A stretch of DNA of 57,161 bases from Candidatus Poseidoniaceae archaeon. GTDB taxonomy: Archaea; Thermoplasmatota; Poseidoniia; Poseidoniales; Poseidoniaceae. Position 1 is the first letter of the stretch; each line of letters begins with the position of its first letter. The notes beneath the pieces were generated by a model. The model saw nothing but the letters and a program-made list of their open reading frames with translations, did not search any database and was not told where the DNA came from. A program made the position numbers and the translations under genes. The DNA lies in the NCBI GenBank assembly GCA_938084455.1, contig CALKDX010000002.1, positions 1 to 57,161 of the forward strand, given 5' to 3'. Positions 49,041-57,161 of this stretch are shown here, piece by piece.

Positions 49041-49847
49041 ATGGATGAAAAGGGCGTCATTGTTGATTATTTGAATAAATGCAATGCCTATGCAGAAGCA
49101 TCGATTGCTCGGAAAATCGAACGCGGAGAAGATGCCGAACTCGATGCATGGCGAAGTTACATCATGTTCAATGAGCACGCCATAGAAGAACTTGGAAACG
49201 GCAAACTCGATGCATGGTTCACACCTGCACCAACGCATTCCTTGAGCGATGCCCGCAGGCTGGATGCCGATGAACTGGACCATGCCGTTCGCGCTGGATG
49301 GCTGTCTGGCATCCTTTCCCCACGACCTCTGATCGTCGCTTCAACCCAAGATGAAGACGGCCATTTCAATCTCGCACCGTACACTTCGGTGATGGCCGTA
49401 TCCACCGGCCCTCCGTTGCTCATTGCCTCTTTCAGTTGCAATCGGGATGGGAAATACAGGGACACATTGCACAACCTAAGAGCGACGAAGCGAGCAATGC
49501 TCCACCTGATGCCAGCGAATCTATCCACCGTCAAAGCCGTTGATGAAACTGCAGCACCATTGCCAAGCGATGAGAGCGAATGGAACATGACCGCCTTCAC
49601 CCATCATGCAGAAGAACCACTGCTCATCAATGAGGCTGTGGCCGCCATCGAAGTTGAATTCATAGAAGACCGCCCGCTTCCAGATGCTGTAGCTCGATTG
49701 GCTGTGCTTCGAGTAAAGGCGCTGTGGACGACAGAGCAAACATTGCCACCAGAAGGCCTCGATGTGCTGTGTCAACACGGCCATGACCGTTTATCGCCAG
49801 CTCCAAGCGGCTGGGGTGAAAAGGTGCAAAAGCACTACAATCGCTGA
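49041..49847 (+). CDS. Flavin reductase-like (DIM6/NTAB) protein with extra N-terminal domain
   Basis: PRPLIVAST..NLAPYTS..PP..DTLHNL motif after a ~60-aa helical extension. Confidence 0.8.
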   Translation: MDEKGVIVDYLNKCNAYAEASIARKIERGEDAELDAWRSYIMFNEHAIEELGNGKLDAWFTPAPTHSLSDARRLDADELDHAVRAGWLSGILSPRPLIVASTQDEDGHFNLAPYTSVMAVSTGPPLLIASFSCNRDGKYRDTLHNLRATKRAMLHLMPANLSTVKAVDETAAPLPSDESEWNMTAFTHHAEEPLLINEAVAAIEVEFIEDRPLPDAVARLAVLRVKALWTTEQTLPPEGLDVLCQHGHDRLSPAPSGWGEKVQKHYNR

Positions 49848-50842
49848 TCATCGCGCAGATGGGCCCACATGAACGCCAGCCCTTCATCAAGGCTCGTGGT
49901 TGGCTTCCAGTCAAGCAACGACTCACTCAATGAAGCATCTGGGACCCGTCGTTGAGCGTCACCATGGTACCCAGGAATGAACTCAACCTCAGGTAAGGCA
50001 GAGGTCCATTTTGAATCGCTTTCGACAATACTGTAGATCTTTTCTTGCAATTCTTTGATGCTGACTTCCTCAGAAGAACCAATGTTGAACGCTCCACTGC
50101 TCAAGCGTTTAGAAGAGTCCTCTGGCGTAAGGCCTGCTTTGAGGAATCCATCGATGATGTCATCAATCCATGTGAACGAGCGTGTTTGGGCGCCCTGATT
50201 ATGAATCTGAATCGGTTGAGAGGTGAGAATGGCCTCAAAGAACATCGCCACAACTTGACCGTAGGCGCCCCCGTTCAACCGAGGACCGTAGGCATTGAAG
50301 GGTCGTACAATTCGGACATCTAACCCGTCGCGTGCAGCATGTTGTGCCGCAACTTCATCGAGGTACTTGCTTGCACCATAGGAGTGGCGTTGATGGGCCT
50401 GTGGATCGGTGAACGACATCGGGTTTCCATTCTTTATCGGCTGGACTTCCGCTTCCCCAAACGCTTCGGGGGATGAGGCTAAGACGTACCTAGCGTCGTG
50501 TGCCATAGCCAATTCAAGGGTCCTCAAGGTCCCATTGATGTTGACATCAATCACGGAATGGGCTGCTTCATGAAACCACTTGGTCCCGTTGATTGCAGCT
50601 AAGTGATAGATGAGGTCGAGACCGCCCAGCATTTCAGCACAGGCATCCAGTGCCTCGATGCTTCTCACGTCACCCTGGACAAAGAAAAAATCTGGATGGG
50701 TTTCTAGGGCGGCGATGTTGTCGAGCGAACCTCGGAACAAGGAGTCTAAGGCCACCACTCGGTGCCCGTCTGCAATCAAAGCCTCACACAAGGACGAGCC
50801 GAGGAATCCAGCGCCACCGGTGACAAGAATTTGTAATGCCAT
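49835..50842 (-). CDS. NAD-dependent NDP-sugar epimerase/dehydratase (UDP-glucuronate decarboxylase-like)
   Basis: VTGGAGFLGS, YHLAA, YGASK, RPFNAYGPR, TRSFTWIDD. Confidence 0.92.
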   Translation of the reverse strand: MALQILVTGGAGFLGSSLCEALIADGHRVVALDSLFRGSLDNIAALETHPDFFFVQGDVRSIEALDACAEMLGGLDLIYHLAAINGTKWFHEAAHSVIDVNINGTLRTLELAMAHDARYVLASSPEAFGEAEVQPIKNGNPMSFTDPQAHQRHSYGASKYLDEVAAQHAARDGLDVRIVRPFNAYGPRLNGGAYGQVVAMFFEAILTSQPIQIHNQGAQTRSFTWIDDIIDGFLKAGLTPEDSSKRLSSGAFNIGSSEEVSIKELQEKIYSIVESDSKWTSALPEVEFIPGYHGDAQRRVPDASLSESLLDWKPTTSLDEGLAFMWAHLRDDQRL

Positions 50843-50846
50843 ACCT

Positions 50847-52619
50847 TCAACTCGCACGTTCAAGGACCTTGATGTGGACCACGCCATCCAAAGAGGTCAT
50901 TTCAATCAGATCACCGTCGTTGATGTTCATGCATGGGTCTTGATCGAAGGCGTGACCGTAGGGGAGGTTGAGTAAGGAACATGCTGGCAAGGTGAGGGGG
51001 CAAACATCGCTGTTCACGATGGCTTTCGGGCCCTTACCGGTGTAGAGCAAACCCATCAACACGTACGGCGCAACCGTCGAACCTGAGCCCTTTGGATACA
51101 TCAAAATCGTGTCCTCGATGGCCCGACCATCAAGTGGGTGACCAAATTCTTCCACCACGCCTGTGTCTCGATTCACATAGCCAAGGTAGGTGATGGGCAC
51201 ATCGGTAACCATCGCTCGGCCGCGAACCGAGAACTCCTTTTGACTCAGCAGACCTTCTCCCCTGAGGGTCAACAAACCAGTTTGTGGCGTCTTGTTGCTT
51301 GCGTGCTGCGGTTGTGCTTTTGCTGCCAGTTGCGGACGTTCGCCCGATGAAAGCTCAGGGTCAAAGGCGTGGGCAACACACTTTTGAATGGGAGCCACGC
51401 TTGTTGGTAGGCGATTCAAGCCGCTGGTGAGGTAATGTTCTGCTTTGAGCGAGTTGGTCAGCAGGTGATTGTACTTGCTTCGGTTGTAAGGGGTCACTTC
51501 CGGACAGGTGTCCTTCAAAATGACAGCACCAGCCTGCTCAAGCAATTCGATGCTCCCATCGGCAAGAGCAAGATCGTAATTGGCCCCGCTTGTGAACACC
51601 CAAAGCCGTTGGTCTGGTATTTTGGAGCCCATTTCTGCATAGGAGCGGACGGTTGAAGCCGTGATTCTGATTTCTTCCAAACTTGCTTGTGGGCATCCAA
51701 TCACGACCAAATCAACTTGGCCCTCAGGCGCAAGATCAGCGTACCGAGAGGCGAGGTCCTCTGCGGTGAAGGTGAGTTCCCCCTGCCAGCCTCCATCAGG
51801 TGCGCTCCATGCTCCGTCCTCGTCTTGCTTCAACGGAGGGTCCTGTGACAAACCTTCTGCCCAAAGCATGGGTGTTCCATAATTCGCTGCTGCAGCAGTG
51901 AGTGCTTTTTTCCGAGCAAAGGTTGCTTTTTCAGGCAACCCTTGGATAAACGGCATTGGGCCCCAAGGAAGCTTCCATCCAGGAAGAACTTGCTTGCCAA
52001 TCCAATCCCCAAGCACCGACCAATCTGCAAGTGTATGGAGTTCACATTCGACCTGAACACGAATGTTTGGCGTTCTGTTTGATTCAAGATGGAGGCCCCA
52101 TTTTGGAGCGAAACCGGTTAATGCGGTGGCAAGTGCGGACAGGCCGGATTCACGGTTCGTAATCAGGGAGGTCCATGTGTTTGAGAAACAGACTGCATTT
52201 GATTCAGCCCAAGAGGCCACCCCTTCTTCTTGCTCAATACCACGGTCGTAAGGCGTACAAGAAAGCGTCGCCTCGAGGCCAAGCGCATCGTAGGCTTGCA
52301 CGATTTCGAATTGTTGTTCAAGGAAGTCTGGCCATTCAATGTCCATCTCTTCCATCTTTTCCTTATCGCAACCTGCAGAGTTCAATGTGGTCGGGATGAC
52401 CACTTTTCCGTCGCCTGAACTCGATAGATCGGCCAGAAAACGGCGAAGTCCATGTCCGCCAGTGATGACAGATACGCCTGAAACGTGTGCATGGTCCACT
52501 TCAATGAACCCGCTTGCGTTGGCGGTGATGGCAAGGTCAACGACCAAGCGTGCGGCTTTTTGCCGAGTTGGACCTTCATCTCCATTCAGTTGGGCTGAGA
52601 GGCGAGGTGGCAACTCCAT
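50847..52619 (-). CDS. Aconitase X, fused catalytic (DUF521) and swivel (DUF126) domains; candidate phosphomevalonate dehydratase
   Basis: AHVSGVS, TTLN, SCTPY, WAESNAV..NS/NT..TNRE, GCPQAS, DTCP, TNSLKAEHY; C-terminal HPLDG..KGSGSTV swivel domain. Confidence 0.88.
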   Translation of the reverse strand: MELPPRLSAQLNGDEGPTRQKAARLVVDLAITANASGFIEVDHAHVSGVSVITGGHGLRRFLADLSSSGDGKVVIPTTLNSAGCDKEKMEEMDIEWPDFLEQQFEIVQAYDALGLEATLSCTPYDRGIEQEEGVASWAESNAVCFSNTWTSLITNRESGLSALATALTGFAPKWGLHLESNRTPNIRVQVECELHTLADWSVLGDWIGKQVLPGWKLPWGPMPFIQGLPEKATFARKKALTAAAANYGTPMLWAEGLSQDPPLKQDEDGAWSAPDGGWQGELTFTAEDLASRYADLAPEGQVDLVVIGCPQASLEEIRITASTVRSYAEMGSKIPDQRLWVFTSGANYDLALADGSIELLEQAGAVILKDTCPEVTPYNRSKYNHLLTNSLKAEHYLTSGLNRLPTSVAPIQKCVAHAFDPELSSGERPQLAAKAQPQHASNKTPQTGLLTLRGEGLLSQKEFSVRGRAMVTDVPITYLGYVNRDTGVVEEFGHPLDGRAIEDTILMYPKGSGSTVAPYVLMGLLYTGKGPKAIVNSDVCPLTLPACSLLNLPYGHAFDQDPCMNINDGDLIEMTSLDGVVHIKVLERAS

Positions 52620-52754
52620 GAGTAACGCACGCAAAGGACGCTCATGAACTCACCCCCTCAGAAATCACAAAGGATGTTCGCTCAAACCTCGACAACTTGC
52701 GAAATTTCGCTCCAACCGAAGGATTTGATACCATTGAGGTCATTTTCCAATCAC

Positions 52755-54965
52755 ATGTCAACCCCCGACGAACTGGAAGGCCCCAGACTTATCGCAGGCG
52801 AACCTGCAACCGACACCGCCTCAAAACCGGTGCCTGCTCTCACGGCGAGGCAAAACTCCACCTCTCCACAAAGCACCAGTCCAGCCCGAAAACCGATGGT
52901 CCTTGCTGTGCTCCAAGTCTTCATGCTCATGCTTGCCTTAGCTGGTTCCAGTTATGCTGCATACACCGTCGCAACATGGACGGAAGAATCGGATCGGACA
53001 ACAGAACCCAATGAATTGCTCGTCCGAACCGAGGGACGGGATGCAGATGGGCTGTGCGCTGAAGGTGGTTCCCTCATCCTCATCGGCGTTGATCACAACC
53101 TCAATCAGTACTTGGATGGCGAGGAAGTCACCTCAACCACGAACCTTTGCCACGGTGAACGTGGTAACAATGGCGTTTCAATCGTTGGAGCGACAGGGCC
53201 GTCAAGTTGGGTGGAAACAGAAACCCTACCGTTAGGCAATGAGACCTGTCCTTCAGGCGGTTCGGCCATTTCAACCGGCGTTGACGAAAATGCCAATGGA
53301 TACCTCGATTCAGACGAGGTTTTGGAAGTGCAGTTGCTTTGCAATGGAGCCGTTGGCCCATCAGGTGCGAACGGTGGCCAAGGGTCCAATGGCGCGAGCG
53401 GCGTTAATGGCGCTCCAGCGCTTGTGGAGCAACGCACGCCTCTAGCCAGCGTCTGTTCAAGCGGCATCAGCATCAAATTTGGAATCGATGACGGCATGGG
53501 TGAGGGCCAAGCGTTTGATGGAATGCTTCATGCAGATGAAGTCCGCAGCAGCCTCAACTTGTGCAGCCAACCGCTCAACTCAGGACCTGTTGGTGATTTC
53601 AACTCTGGCAATTCTGATGGAGTCGCGCCTGGTTGCGACCAACTGGCATGGATGCCCCAATCTTCGGTGCTGATCACCGCAGGCAGCGACGGCTCCAGCG
53701 GGTGTGAATTGTGGTCGAAAAACAGCACTGGAACAGCATCGATGCTGGTCGATTTGAACCCCACAGGAGATTCCCTCCCAGGGCGATACACTGGATTCAT
53801 ACCCTTGAACAACAACGGTACAGAAGCAGTTGTCTTCGATGCTGACGATGGCATGAATGGTCGGCATCTTTGGATAACCGACGGCACGGCAGCTGGAACC
53901 CAGAGGCTCAACGGCCCGGTGAACACCAACGTCAATGGCCCGGTTCAATCTGTGGCGTGGCTTGATGGCGTGGTGATGCTCAATGGAATCGACGCACTCT
54001 TGTGGACCAACGGAAGTTCAACCATCGATGCGTTTGATCATCCAAGCCTCAACGTTGCCTTGGGAGCCAACGAACGAGCGACCCTTACCAACCTCACCTC
54101 ATACCAGTCATCATTGTTGACCGTCGAAGAAGGGTGGTTGTGGTTCAGCGCAAAGTCATCTGCAGGAATTGAACCATACGCTTTGAATGCGAATGGAATG
54201 TTGCGAAGTTGGGATTTGGCGCAGGGTGATTCAACCCCGAGTGCTTCAGTTGGCGTCTCAGGAGGCCTCGTAACGGTCGCAGACAACGGTCAAGGGCGGC
54301 AATTGGTTCGTTTGAATCATGATTCATCGCACCTTTGGTTGACGGCCATGAGCCACTCCGGAACAGGGAATCCAACCCAATACGTGGGAGAACACCTTGG
54401 GTTGCACCTGCTTGGCGATGTGATTGTGTTTGATGCCCTCACCTCCGGTGTCGATCCTCAGGTGTGGAGCCATCACTTGACTGAGGCGACAACCTCTTTG
54501 CTTTCTCAAACCATTCTGGCCCCAGGTGATTTGGCTGGGGGCGTTGTGCATCAGGACCGATTGTGGTTCGATTGCGTCGCACCATCGATTGCTCAAGAGG
54601 TGTGCTCCACCGATGGCACCGCAACTGGAACCCGAACTGAAACGGACTTACGTGCAGGTTCAGCCAGCGCTCTTGTTCGTGGTTTTGCAACATCGGGCGA
54701 GGTTCTGTTTATGATCGCAAGTGGTCAAATCGATGGCGTAGAAACTGGTTCATGCCTCTGGGTGTTGAATGAAGCAAGTGCACCACAGATGGTTCACGAC
54801 CCGTGGTCGGGCCTCAACAACAACTCCAACGCAGGGACGTATGGGGGGCTTGTGGTGTCAGAACATCAAGTGTTTTTCATTGCCAACGACGGAACAACAG
54901 GCCATGAATGGCAAGCATTCAGCCACGGAAGCCTAAACGGTGAATGGCTGATTTGGCCGGCATAA
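52755..54965 (+). CDS. Membrane-anchored surface protein with Cys-bounded EF-hand-like repeats, collagen-like G-x-x stretch and ELWxxDGT beta-propeller
   Basis: Three CxxGxxIxxGxDxxxxxxLxxxEVxxxxxLC units, GPSGANGGQGSNGASGVNGAP, LWITDGT, CSTDGT, GHEW. Confidence 0.85.
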   Translation: MSTPDELEGPRLIAGEPATDTASKPVPALTARQNSTSPQSTSPARKPMVLAVLQVFMLMLALAGSSYAAYTVATWTEESDRTTEPNELLVRTEGRDADGLCAEGGSLILIGVDHNLNQYLDGEEVTSTTNLCHGERGNNGVSIVGATGPSSWVETETLPLGNETCPSGGSAISTGVDENANGYLDSDEVLEVQLLCNGAVGPSGANGGQGSNGASGVNGAPALVEQRTPLASVCSSGISIKFGIDDGMGEGQAFDGMLHADEVRSSLNLCSQPLNSGPVGDFNSGNSDGVAPGCDQLAWMPQSSVLITAGSDGSSGCELWSKNSTGTASMLVDLNPTGDSLPGRYTGFIPLNNNGTEAVVFDADDGMNGRHLWITDGTAAGTQRLNGPVNTNVNGPVQSVAWLDGVVMLNGIDALLWTNGSSTIDAFDHPSLNVALGANERATLTNLTSYQSSLLTVEEGWLWFSAKSSAGIEPYALNANGMLRSWDLAQGDSTPSASVGVSGGLVTVADNGQGRQLVRLNHDSSHLWLTAMSHSGTGNPTQYVGEHLGLHLLGDVIVFDALTSGVDPQVWSHHLTEATTSLLSQTILAPGDLAGGVVHQDRLWFDCVAPSIAQEVCSTDGTATGTRTETDLRAGSASALVRGFATSGEVLFMIASGQIDGVETGSCLWVLNEASAPQMVHDPWSGLNNNSNAGTYGGLVVSEHQVFFIANDGTTGHEWQAFSHGSLNGEWLIWPA

Positions 54966-55790
54966 TCACCGAAGGTGAATGCAGTAAGGGCAGGACACTT
55001 CCACCACATAATCTGGAGATTCTTGCTCTTCCATTGAGAGAGGTTGCCTGCATGCAAAGCACTGCACTGCATCTGATTCCTCCAGCTCGGGAGTCAAGGC
55101 CACACGATGATCAAAGACAAAGCAATCTCCGTTCCAATGTGCACCGCCTACCTGTTCGAAGTAACCGAGAATTCCACCCTCAAGTTGACGGACATCTTTG
55201 AAGCCAGCTTCAAGCATGACGACACTGGCTTTCTCACATCGAATGCCTCCCGTGCAAAACATCACCACTGGTGTGTCTTTGAGGTCTTCCGGCAAGGTTT
55301 CAATGGCGGCAGGGAAGGCTCGAAAACTGGTGATGTCAAGATCCACAGCGTTTTCGAACGTCCCTAAGCGGATCTCGTAATCGTTGCGGGTATCGAGGAC
55401 AGTAACGCTTTTTCCTTCATCGAGCCATTGTTTGAACTCGGTTGGTGCAATCGTATCTCCGGTGAATTCTGCTGGCTTGACTTCATCCATTCCGATGGAA
55501 ATAATTTCTTGCTTTAACCTCACGTTCATTCGATTAAACGGTTGGTAGGTGGTGTGGGATCGTTTGAGCGGGATATCGAGGAACCGAACATCCTGATCAA
55601 GAAAAGACAAGAAGGCGTCGATGCCTTGTTCATCACCCGCCAAGAAAAAATTGATGCCTTCATGGGCAAGAAGGATGGTTCCCCTCAATTGAGAGGAGGT
55701 GCACGCATCAATCATGGGTTGGCGAAGGGAATCGCGGTCGGGCAAGTCAACAAAACGGTACCCCGCTATGTTCACAATTGCCTGCTCCAT
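54966..55790 (-). CDS. trhO: tRNA uridine(34) hydroxylase TrhO-like rhodanese-domain protein
   Basis: LRGTILLAHEGIN, LDTRNDYE..GTF, FCTGGIRCEKA, QLEGGILGYF, CFVFDHR. Confidence 0.88.
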   Translation of the reverse strand: MEQAIVNIAGYRFVDLPDRDSLRQPMIDACTSSQLRGTILLAHEGINFFLAGDEQGIDAFLSFLDQDVRFLDIPLKRSHTTYQPFNRMNVRLKQEIISIGMDEVKPAEFTGDTIAPTEFKQWLDEGKSVTVLDTRNDYEIRLGTFENAVDLDITSFRAFPAAIETLPEDLKDTPVVMFCTGGIRCEKASVVMLEAGFKDVRQLEGGILGYFEQVGGAHWNGDCFVFDHRVALTPELEESDAVQCFACRQPLSMEEQESPDYVVEVSCPYCIHLR

Positions 55791-55829
55791 GCATGGGGCA
55801 GTAGGTCCTGTTTTTGAGTCATTCCGACA

Positions 55830-57161
55830 TCAGGAGCGACGCCAATCATGGCGCGATGCAAGGGGTCGACGCCACCCTTGGCCGAAGGCTCTGGTTGAAA
55901 CGCGAGGCGCAGGTGACATTTGCCAGCGCTTGTGTTCGTTGCGCTCAAGCCTTGTAAGGACATCAAGAACGACAGCGGAATCGTGCCCACGCTCGGCAAT
56001 GCTTGCTCCGTCCAAGCCCTCTTCGATGTGCGCACTCAGAATTGCGTCAAGTTCGGGATAGGGCGGCAATGAATCTTCATCAATTTGATCGGGAGCAAGT
56101 TCGGCCGATGGGGGTTTTGTCAGTGTGGAAGCGTTGACTGGAGGTGTGAGGCCGCCTTCGATGGCGCGTCGATTGAACACTTCTGCCAATCCATAGACCT
56201 GCATTTTGTAGAGGTCACCAAGGGGCGTGTATCCACCAGCCATGTCTCCATAGAGGGTACAATACCCTTGAGCCAGTTCAGATTTATTTCCTGTAGCAAT
56301 GGCCATTTTACCTTGTGCGTTGGCATGAGCCATAACCGTCAGTCCACGCAACCTCGCTTGCAGGTTCTCGCCGGCAACCGCTGCACCCGCATCAAGCATT
56401 GAACCAATAGAGGCTTCAACCGCCACATGCATGCCGTCAATTGGAATGGTTTCAAACACCAACCCAAGCGCTTGAGCAGTATGAGCAGCATCATCGATGG
56501 AATGTTTCGAAGAATGCCGAGAGGGTAGGGCCAACCCAGTCACATTGTGTGGCCCAACCGCTGCTGCTGCAACACACGCAGCGACAGCGGAATCAATCCC
56601 GCCAGAAAGGCCCAGAACAATCGAGGTGATCCCGGACTTTCGGCAATAATCACTCAAGCCAGTCACCACGGCATCCGCTAAATCATCGAGAATTTCTCGC
56701 TCGTGTTCTCTGCCGTCTTCGTGAGGAGCAACTTGCCGAAGTGCATCATTACCGACGTCCAAAGCATCGTCTGAAGTGGAAGCAATCCAAACGCAAGCAT
56801 CGGGATCATCCAGGTCAACCATAAGCACACCTTCCTTCCAAGCGGGGGCAATAACCACCCGTCCATCCGGCCATGCGGCAAGGGAGTTTCCATCGAACAG
56901 GAGGTCATCGTTTCCACCCACTTGGTTCGCCATGAGGAATGGATGACCAAGCACGGAAGCGGCTGTTCGGCACACGTGGATGCGATCTGCTAATTTGTCG
57001 GCGTGGTAGGGTGATGCAGAGAGGTTCACCGTCGCATCGAGGTGCACGCCTTGGCGACCCCACTCAGCGAGCGATTCAATCGGGTCGGCTGCGTATGCGG
57101 ATGGTGTCATGCCCGCAGCCTGCCAAGCGTCTTCGCATATCGTCACACCGAGATCCAAACC
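55830..57161 (-). CDS. nadE: Glutamine-dependent NAD+ synthetase (5'-truncated by window edge)
   Basis: Nitrilase-type ICEDAW, NLSASPY, NQVGGNDDLLFDG; synthetase GLSGGIDS, ENLQARLRG, TGNKSE, TLYGD, PPSAEL. Confidence 0.93.
   Translation of the reverse strand, partial: GLDLGVTICEDAWQAAGMTPSAYAADPIESLAEWGRQGVHLDATVNLSASPYHADKLADRIHVCRTAASVLGHPFLMANQVGGNDDLLFDGNSLAAWPDGRVVIAPAWKEGVLMVDLDDPDACVWIASTSDDALDVGNDALRQVAPHEDGREHEREILDDLADAVVTGLSDYCRKSGITSIVLGLSGGIDSAVAACVAAAAVGPHNVTGLALPSRHSSKHSIDDAAHTAQALGLVFETIPIDGMHVAVEASIGSMLDAGAAVAGENLQARLRGLTVMAHANAQGKMAIATGNKSELAQGYCTLYGDMAGGYTPLGDLYKMQVYGLAEVFNRRAIEGGLTPPVNASTLTKPPSAELAPDQIDEDSLPPYPELDAILSAHIEEGLDGASIAERGHDSAVVLDVLTRLERNEHKRWQMSPAPRVSTRAFGQGWRRPLASRHDWRRS

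Overview
Gene-dense archaeal chromosomal window (roughly 50% GC by eye). Its gene content and style point to Marine Group II Euryarchaeota (Ca. Poseidoniales): archaellins with AIGIGAMIVF N-termini, NOB1, a SAMP, many bacterial-type enzymes, and giant Asp-rich TSP3-like and ELWxxDGT surface proteins. This taxonomy is an inference. In order, the window holds: (i) a >2338-aa secreted Tyr-rich protein that the ORF track misses because it runs off the left edge, a 1027-aa membrane-anchored surface protein and a MacB/FtsX-type ABC pair; (ii) SAMP, tatA, nob1, a DedA-family gene, tRNA-Glu(UUC), pirin and FMN reductase; (iii) a ~1745-aa protein made almost entirely of ~36 copies of a 41-aa Asp/Cys repeat; (iv) glutaredoxin, esterase, lipoprotein, a K+-dependent membrane pyrophosphatase, an NfuA-like protein, a PolX-PHP that appears to lack its third catalytic Asp, and nth; (v) a 14-kb co-oriented archaellum-like cluster (arlB-arlB-arlD/E-like-arlF-arlG-arlH-arlI-arlJ) with atypical archaellins and no adjacent che genes, headed by three overlapping uncharacterised genes (an ENT/TerB-like helical protein, a ~1640-aa Ig-repeat multi-TM protein and a cytoplasmic coiled-coil/Ig protein), which is the best candidate for an undescribed system; (vi) bcp, an acyltransferase, a flavin reductase, an NDP-sugar epimerase, a fused aconitase X, an ELWxxDGT/collagen-like protein, trhO and a partial glutamine-dependent nadE. 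A degenerate TATA-like box recurs 21-22 nt upstream of many start codons, including one perfectly centred bidirectional case. No CRISPR array, rRNA or mobile element was seen.
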